A stretch of DNA of 64,000 bases, taken from the IMG/VR virus record IMGVR_UViG_3300001199_000001, positions 197,404 to 261,403 of that record, one strand, 5' to 3'. Made by a program: the position numbers and the translations under genes. The stretch is from a virus. Taxonomy: Duplodnaviria > Heunggongvirae > Uroviricota > Caudoviricetes. The first letter of the stretch is position 1. Every line of letters begins with the position of its first letter. Below the pieces are notes generated by a model, which worked only from the letters and a program-made list of their open reading frames with translations, was not told the origin of the DNA and made no database searches. Below are positions 34,779 to 44,829 of the stretch, piece after piece.

Positions 34779-35261
34779 CTACAGATAGGGGTTGGTGCGT
34801 TTTAGAACCTTCGTCCCCCAGTAGACGCGCAGCTTGTTGACACTGCGTCGGAACTGATCACCGAACCATGACGGGACTCGCCGCCAGCGGACACGGAAAG
34901 TGCGCTTCATGGTCTCAAGATCGAGCCGATAACCCCACGGCGGCCCGTCGATGTTCGTAACCCGATAGCTGTAGTTGTCCGCCGCCCAGTTGAAGGCCAT
35001 GGTCGCCTTGGCGCGTTCCTCATAGGTCAGGGTTTCGGTACCGGGAGCCCAGGTACCGCCGCTGCCGCCGACCATGCCCTTTTCACACTGCTTGAGGATA
35101 TAGGCCCGCAGCGCCGTGACGTAGGGTCCGGTCTCGTTGTCCGGATAACCCATCCGACGAATGATCTTGGCGGCGGTTTCAGAAGGGGTAGACAAGGCCG
35201 GGACTCCTTTCGGCGATGAGGGCGCGGCAGACGGCGGCGATGATAGCGTGGGCGGCGACAA
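34779..35261 (-). CDS. Hypothetical protein (true start probably near 35198)
   Basis: Tiled ORF; AAGGAG upstream of TTG TCT ACC. Confidence 0.6.
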   Translation of the reverse strand: MSPPTLSSPPSAAPSSPKGVPALSTPSETAAKIIRRMGYPDNETGPYVTALRAYILKQCEKGMVGGSGGTWAPGTETLTYEERAKATMAFNWAADNYSYRVTNIDGPPWGYRLDLETMKRTFRVRWRRVPSWFGDQFRRSVNKLRVYWGTKVLKRTNPYL

Positions 35262-35562
35262 CCGAAGTTGCGTTCTCCCAAATTCCCCGGCCCTTTATCG
35301 AAGCGCGAGAAATCTCATTTGGCGCGGCGTTGAAAATCAATTCCAGATGCGGCGTCGCCTTGAGATGAAGCGCGAAAGCCGTATTCATGTCGCCCTGTAG
35401 AGCCGCGAGCAGCATGGCGTTTTCAGGAGCCTCGTACGGCCAGGGAGATCGATCAAGCAGCGTACGCGCGTTGACGTAACCCATCGGGGCTCTAGAGCCC
35501 TGAGTAGCCATGACCAAAAGGTCCAGCTTGGAGAGATTAAGCTCGGATTTTGTGACCACCAC
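35179..35562 (-). CDS. Hypothetical protein
   Basis: GTG after AGGAG. Confidence 0.6.
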   Translation of the reverse strand: MVVTKSELNLSKLDLLVMATQGSRAPMGYVNARTLLDRSPWPYEAPENAMLLAALQGDMNTAFALHLKATPHLELIFNAAPNEISRASIKGRGIWENATSVVAAHAIIAAVCRALIAERSPGLVYPF

Positions 35563-35573
35563 ATGACTCCTAC

Positions 35574-35614
35574 AAAAAGCAAATAGCCCGACGGGTTGCT
35601 TACCGCCGGGCTAT
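35574..35614 (-). terminator. Intrinsic terminator
   Basis: ATAGCCCGGCGG...CCGTCGGGCTAT-TTGCTTTTT. Confidence 0.7.
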
Positions 35615-35915
35615 CCGAGTTGCGCGCCGCAGCGCGCAACACCCAAAATGTCATTTTTCATCTGTGTGTTTCGTGAACCGTGATCATGCTGTCACATGGC
35701 CGTGATTCTCATCCTTCCGCTTTGGTTACAACCGCTATCGGTTTTCTTTGACGGTGTTCATACTAGCTCAGTCGAATTTCGCTGTCAACACTTTTTGCAA
35801 CTACACGAAATCGGCATTTGACCCTGGTGAGAAGGGGCCATAGGACTATCGAGGTGACCGGCGAGTCTTTGCCCTCCATCGCCCTGTCGGTCATGTATAG
35901 CTCCGAATGATGACG

Positions 35916-35943
35916 AACGCCCCGGCTTGCGACCGGGGCGTTT
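35916..35943. terminator. Hairpin/terminator
   Basis: AACGCCCCGG-N6-ACCGGGGCGTTT. Confidence 0.55.
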
Positions 35944-36075
35944 ATCATGCGGCGTCGATGAGCCAGCCGAGTAGTAGCGTAAACAATGGGATACCGATAA
36001 ACGGCAGTATTCCCATCCAGATGTCAACGTCGCGGTTTGAGGCCGGGGTGTCTCGCAGTCGTTTGAATAGGTTTT

Positions 36076-36429
36076 TCACGCAGCGTCCTGACGTTTACGC
36101 AGTGTGGCGACTGCCTTGTTGTAGGCATCCTGCGTAGTCTTGCGGTACTTGGCCGCCTCTCCCTTGAAATAGGCGTAAGGGGGTTCATATTCGTCCATAC
36201 CGCGCATAAGGCGGCTCAAGCTGTTGTTGATCGCCAGCGTTTCGGTGAGCCCGGTATTGCCATGCAGACGCTGCCGATAAACGCCCCACAAGCGGTCGAT
36301 GCCGTGGATCGCATGATAGGCCTCAGTCCACGCTGCGGCGGTACCGGCGTGGGCAGCTTCCATCTCCAAGGAATAGACGGCCTCGGCGAGAACACCCTCG
36401 CCGAACAGGAAGTCGGAATGTGATTTCAT
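36076..36429 (-). CDS. Hypothetical protein
   Basis: Leaderless: TTGACA-N17-TATGAT-N6-ATG(36429). Confidence 0.65.
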   Translation of the reverse strand: MKSHSDFLFGEGVLAEAVYSLEMEAAHAGTAAAWTEAYHAIHGIDRLWGVYRQRLHGNTGLTETLAINNSLSRLMRGMDEYEPPYAYFKGEAAKYRKTTQDAYNKAVATLRKRQDAA

Positions 36430-36475
36430 GGTGTGATCATAGGACAATGAAAACTAATTGTCAACACCTAATAAC

Positions 36476-36829
36476 CTATGACAGGGTTTCGATAAACACG
36501 TCTAGCATGGCGACAACATCGCCTTGGGTCTTGTGATTGTTGTATGCCCAGTCGTTGGCGTTGTCGGTCGTCCAGCCGCCTTTGATCGGCCGTGGGAGGC
36601 CTAGATATTCCCGCAGCATATCATAGGCGTGGATATCGGAGCAGCCGTCACAAGCGACATTAAACGCCCCCATGACAGACCATGAAACAGCGTCTGGATG
36701 CATGGCCCAGGTTAGCAGCTTACCGTCTTTGTCGGCGGCAGGCTCCCACCAACCCCGTGAGGGTTTGAAGGCTCCGGGCTGGCTGAGAATGTCACGCAGG
36801 CGCGTGAAGATTTGTTTCTTAGACACCAA
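36476..36829 (-). CDS. Hypothetical protein
   Basis: Tiled ORF (DAVSWSVMGA motif). Confidence 0.65.
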   Translation of the reverse strand: MVSKKQIFTRLRDILSQPGAFKPSRGWWEPAADKDGKLLTWAMHPDAVSWSVMGAFNVACDGCSDIHAYDMLREYLGLPRPIKGGWTTDNANDWAYNNHKTQGDVVAMLDVFIETLS

Positions 36830-37187
36830 ACACTAGCTGCTGGAGGCTGTCATCGCCTTTTGTGAAGTCGTGATCGTTCATTAGCTTGAGCTTAAGCGAC
36901 TGAAGCTCCCGTACACGCTCCTGGCCATTGAGAATTCTCTGGAGCGCGTAATCAAGCTCCTTGAGATCATGGATAGCGGCTGGGAGGGGTTTGGCGCCGC
37001 GATTACGGTCTTCGGCGTGGATGCGGGTGTCTATCGACGGTGGATAGGCCGACTCCCCGCTAAACGCCCTGTCTACCCGCCCCTCTAGGTGGCGCATCCA
37101 CATGATGACTTCCTCAACCTCGCGGTCGATTTGCAGGTTTAGAACCTTGAAGGCCTGCGAGTTAAGGATTTCTTCATCAGTAGGCAT
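36819..37187 (-). CDS. Hypothetical protein
   Basis: Leaderless: TTGACA-N17-TAAATT-N6-ATG. Confidence 0.65.
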   Translation of the reverse strand: MPTDEEILNSQAFKVLNLQIDREVEEVIMWMRHLEGRVDRAFSGESAYPPSIDTRIHAEDRNRGAKPLPAAIHDLKELDYALQRILNGQERVRELQSLKLKLMNDHDFTKGDDSLQQLVFGV

Positions 37188-37367
37188 GACGTTAATTTAT
37201 CCGATTTCGGAAATTTTGTCAACAGAGATAAACTGAGCCACCGTCGCTCCTTCCGGGCAATAGGGCAGGAAGAGCGGTGCGAGCGGCGGGTCTGGCCACA
37301 GGGCGGATGCGACGAGAACCGTCGCCACGAAGGTCACAAGGCCGATGAGCGCCAGCTTCCCTAACAT

Positions 37368-37667
37368 CTATCGCGTCCTCAATCTCCAGCCTTCGTCAGC
37401 ACCGTAGGCCGTCAGGCGTTTTATCGTCTCGTCGTGATTGCTCGTATAGATACGCACTTCTTGAAACGACCGGTTGCGGGCGATGCCAAGACAAAGCACC
37501 CCGCCCGACGCCGTGATCTTGACGCTGATGATGCCGCTGGCGCCGCGCTTGCGGTGGCTGATGACGCCGGGGCTTATCCCCGTCACCTCGGGCAAGGTCG
37601 TCAAGAACTGCCGGACAAGTTCCGCCGCTTCGGTGAAAGAGGCGTGCCGCCCGGCGAGTTTGGACAT
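37368..37667 (-). CDS. DUF2103-like protein
   Basis: KLAGRHAS...ISPGVI...L......SFQEVRIYT. Confidence 0.55.
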   Translation of the reverse strand: MSKLAGRHASFTEAAELVRQFLTTLPEVTGISPGVISHRKRGASGIISVKITASGGVLCLGIARNRSFQEVRIYTSNHDETIKRLTAYGADEGWRLRTR

Positions 37668-37695
37668 CAGCCCACAATCCACGCCACCCCGTCCA

Positions 37696-37926
37696 CTAAA
37701 GCTCAAAGCTCCAGAGCTTGATCGCCGTACCGCGATCAGCGCGCTCGGGCTCAGCCTCGGACGGCGAGCATTGCCAGACCTCGGCGAGCTTGCAGCCGCT
37801 GTCGGCGACCGACGTGCGGAAGAAATCCACGGCCTTGGCGTAGTCCTTGGTCGTGACATCCTCAAGCGGCTTGCCGCCGATCTTGGCGTACAGGCGGAAA
37901 TAGTCGTTCTGGTCGATGAAACGCAT
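37696..37926 (-). CDS. Hypothetical protein
   Basis: RBS GAGGA, promoter upstream. Confidence 0.6.
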   Translation of the reverse strand: MRFIDQNDYFRLYAKIGGKPLEDVTTKDYAKAVDFFRTSVADSGCKLAEVWQCSPSEAEPERADRGTAIKLWSFEL

Positions 37927-38070
37927 CGGTTCCTCAAGGTTCGTCGCGGGTCAGCCTATCCGACGTTTGGTAGCGTTGTCAACACATTTGCACAGTCAAA
38001 AAATGTCTTGCTTCCTTCATTAAGGCAGCTATATAGCTATCCATCGTTAACTTCCTAAGGAGCTAGACAT

Positions 38071-38433
38071 ATGACTATCCCAGCAAACACAGCCATGGAT
38101 TATGCCGACGCTAAGGCGGCCCTCAAAGCGATGGCGGCCGGAGTGACCAAACTCATGGACGGTATCAACAAGCTCAACAGCCTCCTCGATCCCCCCACAT
38201 CGAAGCTCCCCGTCGACCCTAAGGACCCCAGGAACTTTTACCCACTCGGGACCAAGTCGCACAAGCTGACCGAGCGCGGGGCAGAAGTTATCTATCGACT
38301 GTTCGACCTCGGTTTCACACCTCACGCCGCTGGGAAAGCGATGGGCATTAGTTTCATCGCCGCCCAAGGCCGTCAGGCGAAGTGGACGGCGGCAGGTGGT
38401 TTTTCCCGCAAACCCGCAGTGCTGGAAGACTAG
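38071..38433 (+). CDS. Hypothetical HTH-like protein (isolated plus-strand gene)
   Basis: RBS AAGGAG; KLTERGAEVIYRLFDLG.....AGKAMGIS. Confidence 0.7.
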   Translation: MTIPANTAMDYADAKAALKAMAAGVTKLMDGINKLNSLLDPPTSKLPVDPKDPRNFYPLGTKSHKLTERGAEVIYRLFDLGFTPHAAGKAMGISFIAAQGRQAKWTAAGGFSRKPAVLED

Positions 38434-38469
38434 GCGGCTAGGGCGCTGGTTAACCCCAGCGCCCATTTC

Positions 38470-39030
38470 CTAGAGGTAACAGTCGTCCGGCTCGCGCGTC
38501 AGGTAGCCTTCCTCATCGAAGGTATAGGTGTAGCCGTCATCGCCGCCGTATCCGGCAACATCGACGAACTGCGCAATCTCGTCGCGGTGCAGCGGCTTCA
38601 GATCGATGATCTTCTGATGAAACGCATTCCAAGCTTCGCCATCGGAGGGCGAAACTTCATCGCGGGGCTTTGCCGGAACTTCGTAATCGACGGCGTCGCT
38701 GTTATCAGCGTAGATCACTGATCCTCCGAAGATATCGACCAGCCGCGTCGCCAGGGCGCACCAGAAGGCCGTCGATTTGGGGTACAGCAGCCTGCCGCCG
38801 TACTCCGATTCGAAGAAGTACATGGCATGACGGTCACCGAACCGAATCATCACCATATCAGGTGAGGAATCAGCCGTGGCGGCGATCTTAACACCACGGA
38901 CCCTGGACCACCACGCCTTGTGGTCATAGTTGTACTTTTCGACAGGCAGACCGGCAAGGCGGCCGACGACCTTGGCGACATTCTTGACCTGCACGTTGTC
39001 AGGCAGTTGGATAACGCAATCGACGCCCAT
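38470..39030 (-). CDS. Hypothetical protein (MGVD N-terminus)
   Basis: RBS GAGGAG, own promoter. Confidence 0.75.
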   Translation of the reverse strand: MGVDCVIQLPDNVQVKNVAKVVGRLAGLPVEKYNYDHKAWWSRVRGVKIAATADSSPDMVMIRFGDRHAMYFFESEYGGRLLYPKSTAFWCALATRLVDIFGGSVIYADNSDAVDYEVPAKPRDEVSPSDGEAWNAFHQKIIDLKPLHRDEIAQFVDVAGYGGDDGYTYTFDEEGYLTREPDDCYL

Positions 39031-39094
39031 GTGGGTTCTCCTCTGAAGTTGTCTTAGATTAAGGTAACTTCAGAGGAATGTCAACACCTAATAT

Positions 39095-39748
39095 CTAGGC
39101 CTTGAGGGGATAAGGGATGCGGAAATCTTCCAGATCGATCAGCAGGATTTCACCCGACGCTTTCTGGACCTTCACCTTACCCCACTTTGTGCGAGCGGCC
39201 TTGACCGTAGGCGGCTTCACCGTGTGGTAGGACGAGGAGTAGCTATACTTCTCGACCACCGTCACAGGCTCGCCCTTATAGAAGCCTTGATCTGTCAGAA
39301 GCTGCTCTGCATAGGCCACCGAATAGCCCGTGCCGCCGTCGCCGTCATCGAACACGCTGTCGAGGTCGATGTACTCAACGAGGTCGATCTTCTGCACACG
39401 GGACGCGTAATCGAAGATGAAGGCGCGGAAACGGTCGACTGCCTCCTTAGAGACGAACTTGTAGTTCACGCCGTTTTTACGCGCCGTCTGATGGCCAAGC
39501 GCGAGGGGCTGGCCATCAAGATAGACAGCCCATGCACCGACCCATGAGTCGGTGCAAATCCACTTGATGACGTAGTAGCCTTTTAGCCGCGCTTCGAATT
39601 CCGCGCGGTCAGCTTCTTCGAGGTCGTAGGACCCGAATGTCATGCTTAGACCGACCTGTTCAATCAGGTCGGACTCGGTGAGATAGACTTCGCCAGCGGC
39701 CTCAAAGTCGAGGCGGTCGAAGATGTCGCGCACAGTGAGTTTTGTCAT
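39095..39748 (-). CDS. Hypothetical protein
   Basis: W.CTDSWVG...YLDG motif; leaderless promoter. Confidence 0.75.
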   Translation of the reverse strand: MTKLTVRDIFDRLDFEAAGEVYLTESDLIEQVGLSMTFGSYDLEEADRAEFEARLKGYYVIKWICTDSWVGAWAVYLDGQPLALGHQTARKNGVNYKFVSKEAVDRFRAFIFDYASRVQKIDLVEYIDLDSVFDDGDGGTGYSVAYAEQLLTDQGFYKGEPVTVVEKYSYSSSYHTVKPPTVKAARTKWGKVKVQKASGEILLIDLEDFRIPYPLKA

Positions 39749-39787
39749 GAGACGTAGATTAGCCTACGCCATAGTTTATGTCAACAG

Positions 39788-40075
39788 CTATAAACTACTG
39801 ATCCGGGTCGTGTCGTTAGGGGCGAATCGCTGGAGAAATTCATCCGCCAGTTCAGGCGAGGCGAATACAAACCCCGGAGGTCCCAGGCCGCCAACGTCGT
39901 AGAGGCCGCAATCCGGGTGATCCTTCAACCACTGCAACACGTCACGATGATAAACCGGCGGATCGACAGTCGACCAATGGTCGCTGCCTGTGTAGCCGTT
40001 CAATAAGGGGTTCTTGGCGATCTGGAGGAGGCCAAATTGAACATAACCCCTTCCCTCATGGACCCAGCGGATCAT
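39788..40075 (-). CDS. Hypothetical protein
   Basis: Coupled ORF. Confidence 0.6.
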   Translation of the reverse strand: MIRWVHEGRGYVQFGLLQIAKNPLLNGYTGSDHWSTVDPPVYHRDVLQWLKDHPDCGLYDVGGLGPPGFVFASPELADEFLQRFAPNDTTRISSL

Positions 40076-40353
40076 TCGCTCGCGAATTCTTGCGCAACGT
40101 CAGGGCAGACCGTGATCAATTTCTTCTTATTAACAGAGAACCACTGCTTCGGGCGTTGATCGGTCGGTAGATTGAAGGCCTCGACCTCGCGCGCGCTGAA
40201 GCCGATGGCAGCCGCTGTGAAGGCTCCGTTATCGACTAGACAAACGAAAGCGTCGGATGACGCGATATTGAAGTTCGGTCCGGGAATTGGGTAGCCATAA
40301 CGCGCCAACCACGCTTCCTTAGTCTCGCCGCGCGGGTTGATGTAATAGCCCAT
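40072..40353 (-). CDS. Hypothetical protein (MGYY N-terminus)
   Basis: RBS GGAGG; VCLVDNGAFTAAAI motif. Confidence 0.7.
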   Translation of the reverse strand: MGYYINPRGETKEAWLARYGYPIPGPNFNIASSDAFVCLVDNGAFTAAAIGFSAREVEAFNLPTDQRPKQWFSVNKKKLITVCPDVAQEFASE

Positions 40354-40560
40354 CTATTCCTCCTGATTATCGAAGTCGCCGCGATTGAGACGGATCGAAT
40401 AGAGCACGATACCTAGGATAGCCAAAAGCCCTCCAAAAGGCGCGAATGGCTTTGTGAGATAGCTGTTGAACAGTTCGCATACGCAGATCAGGAAAAACCA
40501 GTAGACGAAGAAGTTAACCAGCCGGTGGGCCGTCATCCATCTGAGGATGTCGTTAAACAT
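40354..40560 (-). CDS. Small membrane protein
   Basis: Two TM segments. Confidence 0.65.
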   Translation of the reverse strand: MFNDILRWMTAHRLVNFFVYWFFLICVCELFNSYLTKPFAPFGGLLAILGIVLYSIRLNRGDFDNQEE

Positions 40561-40807
40561 CGGCGCTCCTCATTGCCGGTCATATTGCATGATCTCGGCG
40601 ACAATTTCATCGACGGATGCATTGGGGTCGCAGACAAGTTCTGGGGCGCTCAGCAACAGAGCGCATCTCGCCCAGATACCGCGCCAGTCCATTTTCGGGT
40701 ACCGTTCTTTCAGCGCCACAGTCAGGGCGCAGGAAATTTCACGGACTTGTAAACTAGCCATTTATGGAGCCTAGCAGGTCACAATGTGTTGTCAACGGGA
40801 TTGATTG

Positions 40808-41119
40808 TCAGAAGCCGACCGGTCTTCCCCATTGCTGCGACCGCGCCGGACGCACCCCTGGTCCACCCGTAGCCGACCGAACCCCTGACCCACCCGTCGG
40901 CGGCTTCGCTCTCTCCGCTCTGATCCTCTCATCTAGGGCCTGCACGCCAGCATGCTTGCGACCGGTGGCGATCTCGGAGATGCGGCCTTGGTTGCAATCG
41001 TACAGCGCCGCTATGCGCTTGTGCTGGTGGCCTAGTTTCAGCAGCAGTTTGATCGTCGCGGCGTCGTCAGCGGTCAGGGTCTCTGAAGTCTGGCGGGGGT
41101 CAAAGGAGGGGCGAGACAA
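40808..41119 (-). CDS. HTH-containing hypothetical protein
   Basis: LTADDA..IK.LL..G..HKRIAALYDCNQGRISEIATG. Confidence 0.6.
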   Translation of the reverse strand: MSRPSFDPRQTSETLTADDAATIKLLLKLGHQHKRIAALYDCNQGRISEIATGRKHAGVQALDERIRAERAKPPTGGSGVRSATGGPGVRPARSQQWGRPVGF

Positions 41120-41122
41120 GGG

Positions 41123-41440
41123 TTACTTCCTGCTGAATTTAAAATACGCGCTATACGACTCATTATAGCCGGGCTTATCGTACTTAACGATCCAGCCTTT
41201 GGCTCGATAGACATCTTCGATGTTGAGATAACCTTTGGCGAAAATCGCATCTCTAGGATAGCCGATAGCCTCCAGCCTCGTGACGATATCGTCCTGCGGG
41301 ACCTCCGCTGAAATGCCAGAGAATTTCTCAAAGATAAGTGTGTTGATCACCGCATAGACATCACCAGGGATGGAGATGTCCTTGATCTTCACCACGTCAT
41401 TAGGGCTGATCGGTCCCGCCGTTATGTCGAATGTCGTCAT
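41123..41440 (-). CDS. Hypothetical protein
   Basis: LNIEDVYRAKGW.V.YDKPGYNESY phage-type motif. Confidence 0.7.
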   Translation of the reverse strand: MTTFDITAGPISPNDVVKIKDISIPGDVYAVINTLIFEKFSGISAEVPQDDIVTRLEAIGYPRDAIFAKGYLNIEDVYRAKGWIVKYDKPGYNESYSAYFKFSRK

Positions 41441-41468
41441 TCGTCCGCCTTTAGTAAATCAGCCTTGC

Positions 41469-41960
41469 TCACGCGTCGATCCTTTCAATCTTGGCGACCT
41501 CAAAATCACCGTTCAGGACATCCAGATCGTACATGTCCGTCCGACCATCCGTGAACACGGATGGATAATCATTGCGGCGGCGCAGGTGTTTGGCGAAAAA
41601 TTTGCGGGTGAACGGCACGCCGATGTAGTGCTCCGGCCCTCGGTCGTCGTTGATCGTCGGATCATGGATCGAGCCGTCCGGTAGCGTCACCCAGGCATGA
41701 TGCACCGGGATGACCGACAGGAAGTAGCCCTCGGTATAAAATCCATCCTGAACGTAGGAAGAAGCGAGAATCGCTGAATTGTAAAAGCACTGCTTCGGCT
41801 CTCCGATCCACGGGCTCGGCAGCTTGGCGCGAGGGACGATGCCGTGCTGCAAGACGACATCCTCCGGGCAGGCGTACTTCGGCGCATCAGCCGAGTTGCC
41901 GTACATCCGACGCCGCATCTCGATCATCGTCTTCAGAAACGAGCGAAGGCTATTAGACAC
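41469..41960 (-). CDS. Hypothetical protein, possible Cys-His papain/transglutaminase-like fold
   Basis: KQCFYNS...YTEGY...HHAWV...DPT. Confidence 0.6.
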   Translation of the reverse strand: MSNSLRSFLKTMIEMRRRMYGNSADAPKYACPEDVVLQHGIVPRAKLPSPWIGEPKQCFYNSAILASSYVQDGFYTEGYFLSVIPVHHAWVTLPDGSIHDPTINDDRGPEHYIGVPFTRKFFAKHLRRRNDYPSVFTDGRTDMYDLDVLNGDFEVAKIERIDA

Positions 41961-42162
41961 GGGCGTAGAAATCCTCGACCAACTCCTCGGGAGAGGGTAG
42001 GCCGCCGACGCCCAGGCCGTCCAGACTGAATAACAGGGTCTCGGCTTCGGTGATCATGGCCTCATGGTTATAGCCGACAAACTGACCACGGTCGTATTGC
42101 TTGCATTCTTCATCGAAAGCACGATTGAAGAAGATGTCAGATAGGTGAGCGTTGATCAGCAT

Positions 42163-42870
42163 TCAGTCCTCTCTAGAATCATCTTGCCGGTCCCCTAGTT
42201 GCAGGAGAGGAGCGGCGTTCTGGTCGGCAATGTGTTGCAGGCCCGCCGACATCACGACGCCGGTAACGTAGCCGTGGACCTCTGCCTTCGCCTTCTCGAC
42301 CGTCGTCTCCATATGCTCTTCGAAGCACTCGGCGAGATACGGCATGTTGGAGCTTAACTGCATCCGGGCGTTGCGGACACGCTCTTTCAACGCCTCAGCC
42401 TTGACCTTTGATAGACCGATAGCGTCAATCTCGGCAGAAAGTTGGTCCAGGCTGGCGAGGGTGTTCTTCAGCTTGGTCTTCATCTCGGCGCCGAATTGAT
42501 CTGATTGCCTCTTCGGCTCAGGTAGACCGGGCACTGGCTGACGGCTCATGCTTTTAATTGTACACGGCACCCCGTCGCCGACATTCGGACTAGAGACGAA
42601 GGTCGCCCACTGTGCCTCGGAGAGCGCCACTTCGATGATTTGCTCACGAGCGGAATGACGGTCGTGATACAGTGAGCGGTGAATTTCGCTGTGATGAATT
42701 CGTATACGCATTGCCGCGCCGTGGACGAAATCACTACCATTCAGAACATCGCCACCAGATACGCGATTCACGCCGATCATCCCGAACGCCGGGTGCGTGG
42801 TGACAATCTCCTTATCGCCGCCGGGGTGCGGGCGTTCAGTCGAGACGGGTTCTTCAACGGTGAAGGGCAT
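42163..42870 (-). CDS. Hypothetical protein
   Basis: HPAFGMI..NRVSG, EV.LSEAQWATFVSS.N.G.GVPCT motif. Confidence 0.75.
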   Translation of the reverse strand: MPFTVEEPVSTERPHPGGDKEIVTTHPAFGMIGVNRVSGGDVLNGSDFVHGAAMRIRIHHSEIHRSLYHDRHSAREQIIEVALSEAQWATFVSSPNVGDGVPCTIKSMSRQPVPGLPEPKRQSDQFGAEMKTKLKNTLASLDQLSAEIDAIGLSKVKAEALKERVRNARMQLSSNMPYLAECFEEHMETTVEKAKAEVHGYVTGVVMSAGLQHIADQNAAPLLQLGDRQDDSRED

Positions 42871-43274
42871 CAGGCGATCTCGTTTGCGGCGCGTACAGCG
42901 GCGTTGATGATGAGAGAGGGGAACTGCTCGAATTCGAGAGCAAAGCCTGTGCCCGCCGAAAGCTGATCGAAATCAATGAGGTGTTTATGCGGGTGGTCTA
43001 GTTCGGCCCAGCGTTCGTACAACTTCTTGCAGACATCATCGAACAGGCCATCGGACAGTAGGCTAATGTCGCGATTATAGTACATGTAGCTGGTCATCAG
43101 GTACCACGGCACGAGCATGTTCTGATCGGCGATAGCGGTCAGACATTGGTCGGCGATAGCGGTCAGACATTGGTCGGCGATAGCGGTCAGACATTGGTCG
43201 GCGATAGCGGTCAGACATTGGTCATCTAGCGTTAAGGGCTTCCTGACTTTTACCTTGCGGATCGCTGATGCCAT
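42870..43274 (-). CDS. NAD-ligase N-terminal (domain Ia)-like small protein with internal tandem repeat
   Basis: YLMTSYMYY.RD.SLLSD..FD.VCKKL; 4x DQCLTAIA. Confidence 0.65.
   Translation of the reverse strand: MASAIRKVKVRKPLTLDDQCLTAIADQCLTAIADQCLTAIADQCLTAIADQNMLVPWYLMTSYMYYNRDISLLSDGLFDDVCKKLYERWAELDHPHKHLIDFDQLSAGTGFALEFEQFPSLIINAAVRAANEIA
43126..43221. repeat. Perfect tandem repeat 4 x 24 bp
   Basis: tcggcgatagcggtcagacattgg at 43126, 43150, 43174, 43198. Confidence 0.95.
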
Positions 43275-43314
43275 GGGTGGAAATTAGCAGACAGTTTGTT
43301 AGCTGTCAACACAT

Positions 43315-43617
43315 TTAGCCAACGACAACCTCCTCCTGATCAATATACGCCACGGTCCGTGTTGTTCGAGTCGTGCGTCGGACGATCTTGAGTGTTCCAG
43401 GCGTGACGAACGGCTGTCCCTTAAGACTTTTCGCCAGTTTTATAGCGCGGTCGCGGTCAAGAATCCACGGACCTATGTCTCCACCATTGATCGCCCGAAA
43501 ATCAGATAAGGACAGCTTCGGATCAATTTCACTATTAACCCTTTCGAGCGACCACGACGTGTCCAAGGAAATGTGGTAGGTGTGTTTTTCCGTTACTTCG
43601 ATCATCGGATTGTTCAT
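43315..43617 (-). CDS. Hypothetical protein
   Basis: Coupled ORF. Confidence 0.6.
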   Translation of the reverse strand: MNNPMIEVTEKHTYHISLDTSWSLERVNSEIDPKLSLSDFRAINGGDIGPWILDRDRAIKLAKSLKGQPFVTPGTLKIVRRTTRTTRTVAYIDQEEVVVG

Positions 43618-44438
43618 TTTCGTAATATCTCCCTATGCCGCGTCAGTGATACGCCATGCGCCGCGTCTCCTCGCCAGTAGGGCGCGATCCAGCGTTGCTC
43701 CTCCTTAGGCTTGGCGTTCTTGCCCCAGATGTAGCCCGACACGAAGTGCAGCTTGCGCTTGGCGCCGGTCGCTTCATGGTCGCCGATGCTGTGGCGGGTC
43801 TCGCCGGGCAGTAGGATGCGTAGGATACGATGGTCGTACTCGCGCGTCTTGACCGGCTGTTTATTCTTCCACGGCTTGCCGGGAATGATCTCCACGTCGG
43901 CCTGCGCGGTCGCCAATGTGACGATGAATTGTCGGACGGAATGCAGCGGGCTATCGAAGGACTCAGCCCATGGCACCGGCTTGCGTCCCGGTGATAAGTC
44001 GATCACATGCGGTTCAGAGTGGAATGCATATTGGCGGTGACGGAGATTGAGCGGCAGCATTCCGGTCGGGTTGAGTTGTCGGTAGAGGCCTGCCTGAGGC
44101 TGCGGTTGCCCTTCAACTGAATAGACCAGTATCCTGTCGCCCTCCTCCTCGCAGTACCAGAAGTGACGGCCCTCGGGAGCGCCGACAGAGCGCAATAACG
44201 CGATGACGCTTTGATCCCACGGGTCTTCTATCCAGACGCTGGGAAACGGCAGATGGAACAGCCCTGCGTCGATCATCTCCTCGGAGGTGAGGTGTATCTG
44301 CTTGACCGTTTCACGCTCCAGATCGCCTTCGGACTTGAAGATGAACTTCTCGGAAGCCTCGAAGCGCGGACGCATCTCAGGCCAAATCTTCTCAGTCTCC
44401 ATGACATGGAGCATGTCGGGGAAGAGGAGATTGGTCAT
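43614..44438 (-). CDS. Hypothetical protein
   Basis: FHLPFPSVWIE ... KLHFVSG...RWIAPYWRGD pattern common in phage proteins. Confidence 0.75.
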   Translation of the reverse strand: MTNLLFPDMLHVMETEKIWPEMRPRFEASEKFIFKSEGDLERETVKQIHLTSEEMIDAGLFHLPFPSVWIEDPWDQSVIALLRSVGAPEGRHFWYCEEEGDRILVYSVEGQPQPQAGLYRQLNPTGMLPLNLRHRQYAFHSEPHVIDLSPGRKPVPWAESFDSPLHSVRQFIVTLATAQADVEIIPGKPWKNKQPVKTREYDHRILRILLPGETRHSIGDHEATGAKRKLHFVSGYIWGKNAKPKEEQRWIAPYWRGDAAHGVSLTRHREILRK

Positions 44439-44829
44439 GGCGCCTTATTCTTGATGAGACCCACGGCGACGCGGGCTGCCGCTGCCTTGGTCTTGAGGCC
44501 TTTGCGGGAGGTTGTCGAGCCCCGCGAAGTCGCCCAGAAGGTCCAGAAACCATCGTCCGTGCGCGTCATTCGGAACGAACTGCCGTCTGGAAAATCGCGA
44601 CCGATCATACCGAATTCCTGATCGTAGATCGGAATCGACTTCGGGGTGTCCCATCTACGGTGAAGGTTGAGATGTCGGATCATCGACTTCCTCCGCGTGT
44701 TTGCGCACCGCCGCCCGTATCTTAGCCGCCCTTGCCCAGGCGTTCTGGCGCCGAGTGGTTCTATAGCTCCAGCCGCATGTACAGGTGACTCGATAGTCTA
44801 TCGGCGAGGTGTAGGTTTCGACTAGGTGC

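Noticed and set aside
43126-43221. CRISPR array
   Set aside because: Head-to-tail repeats without spacers, in frame within a CDS; no cas genes in the window.
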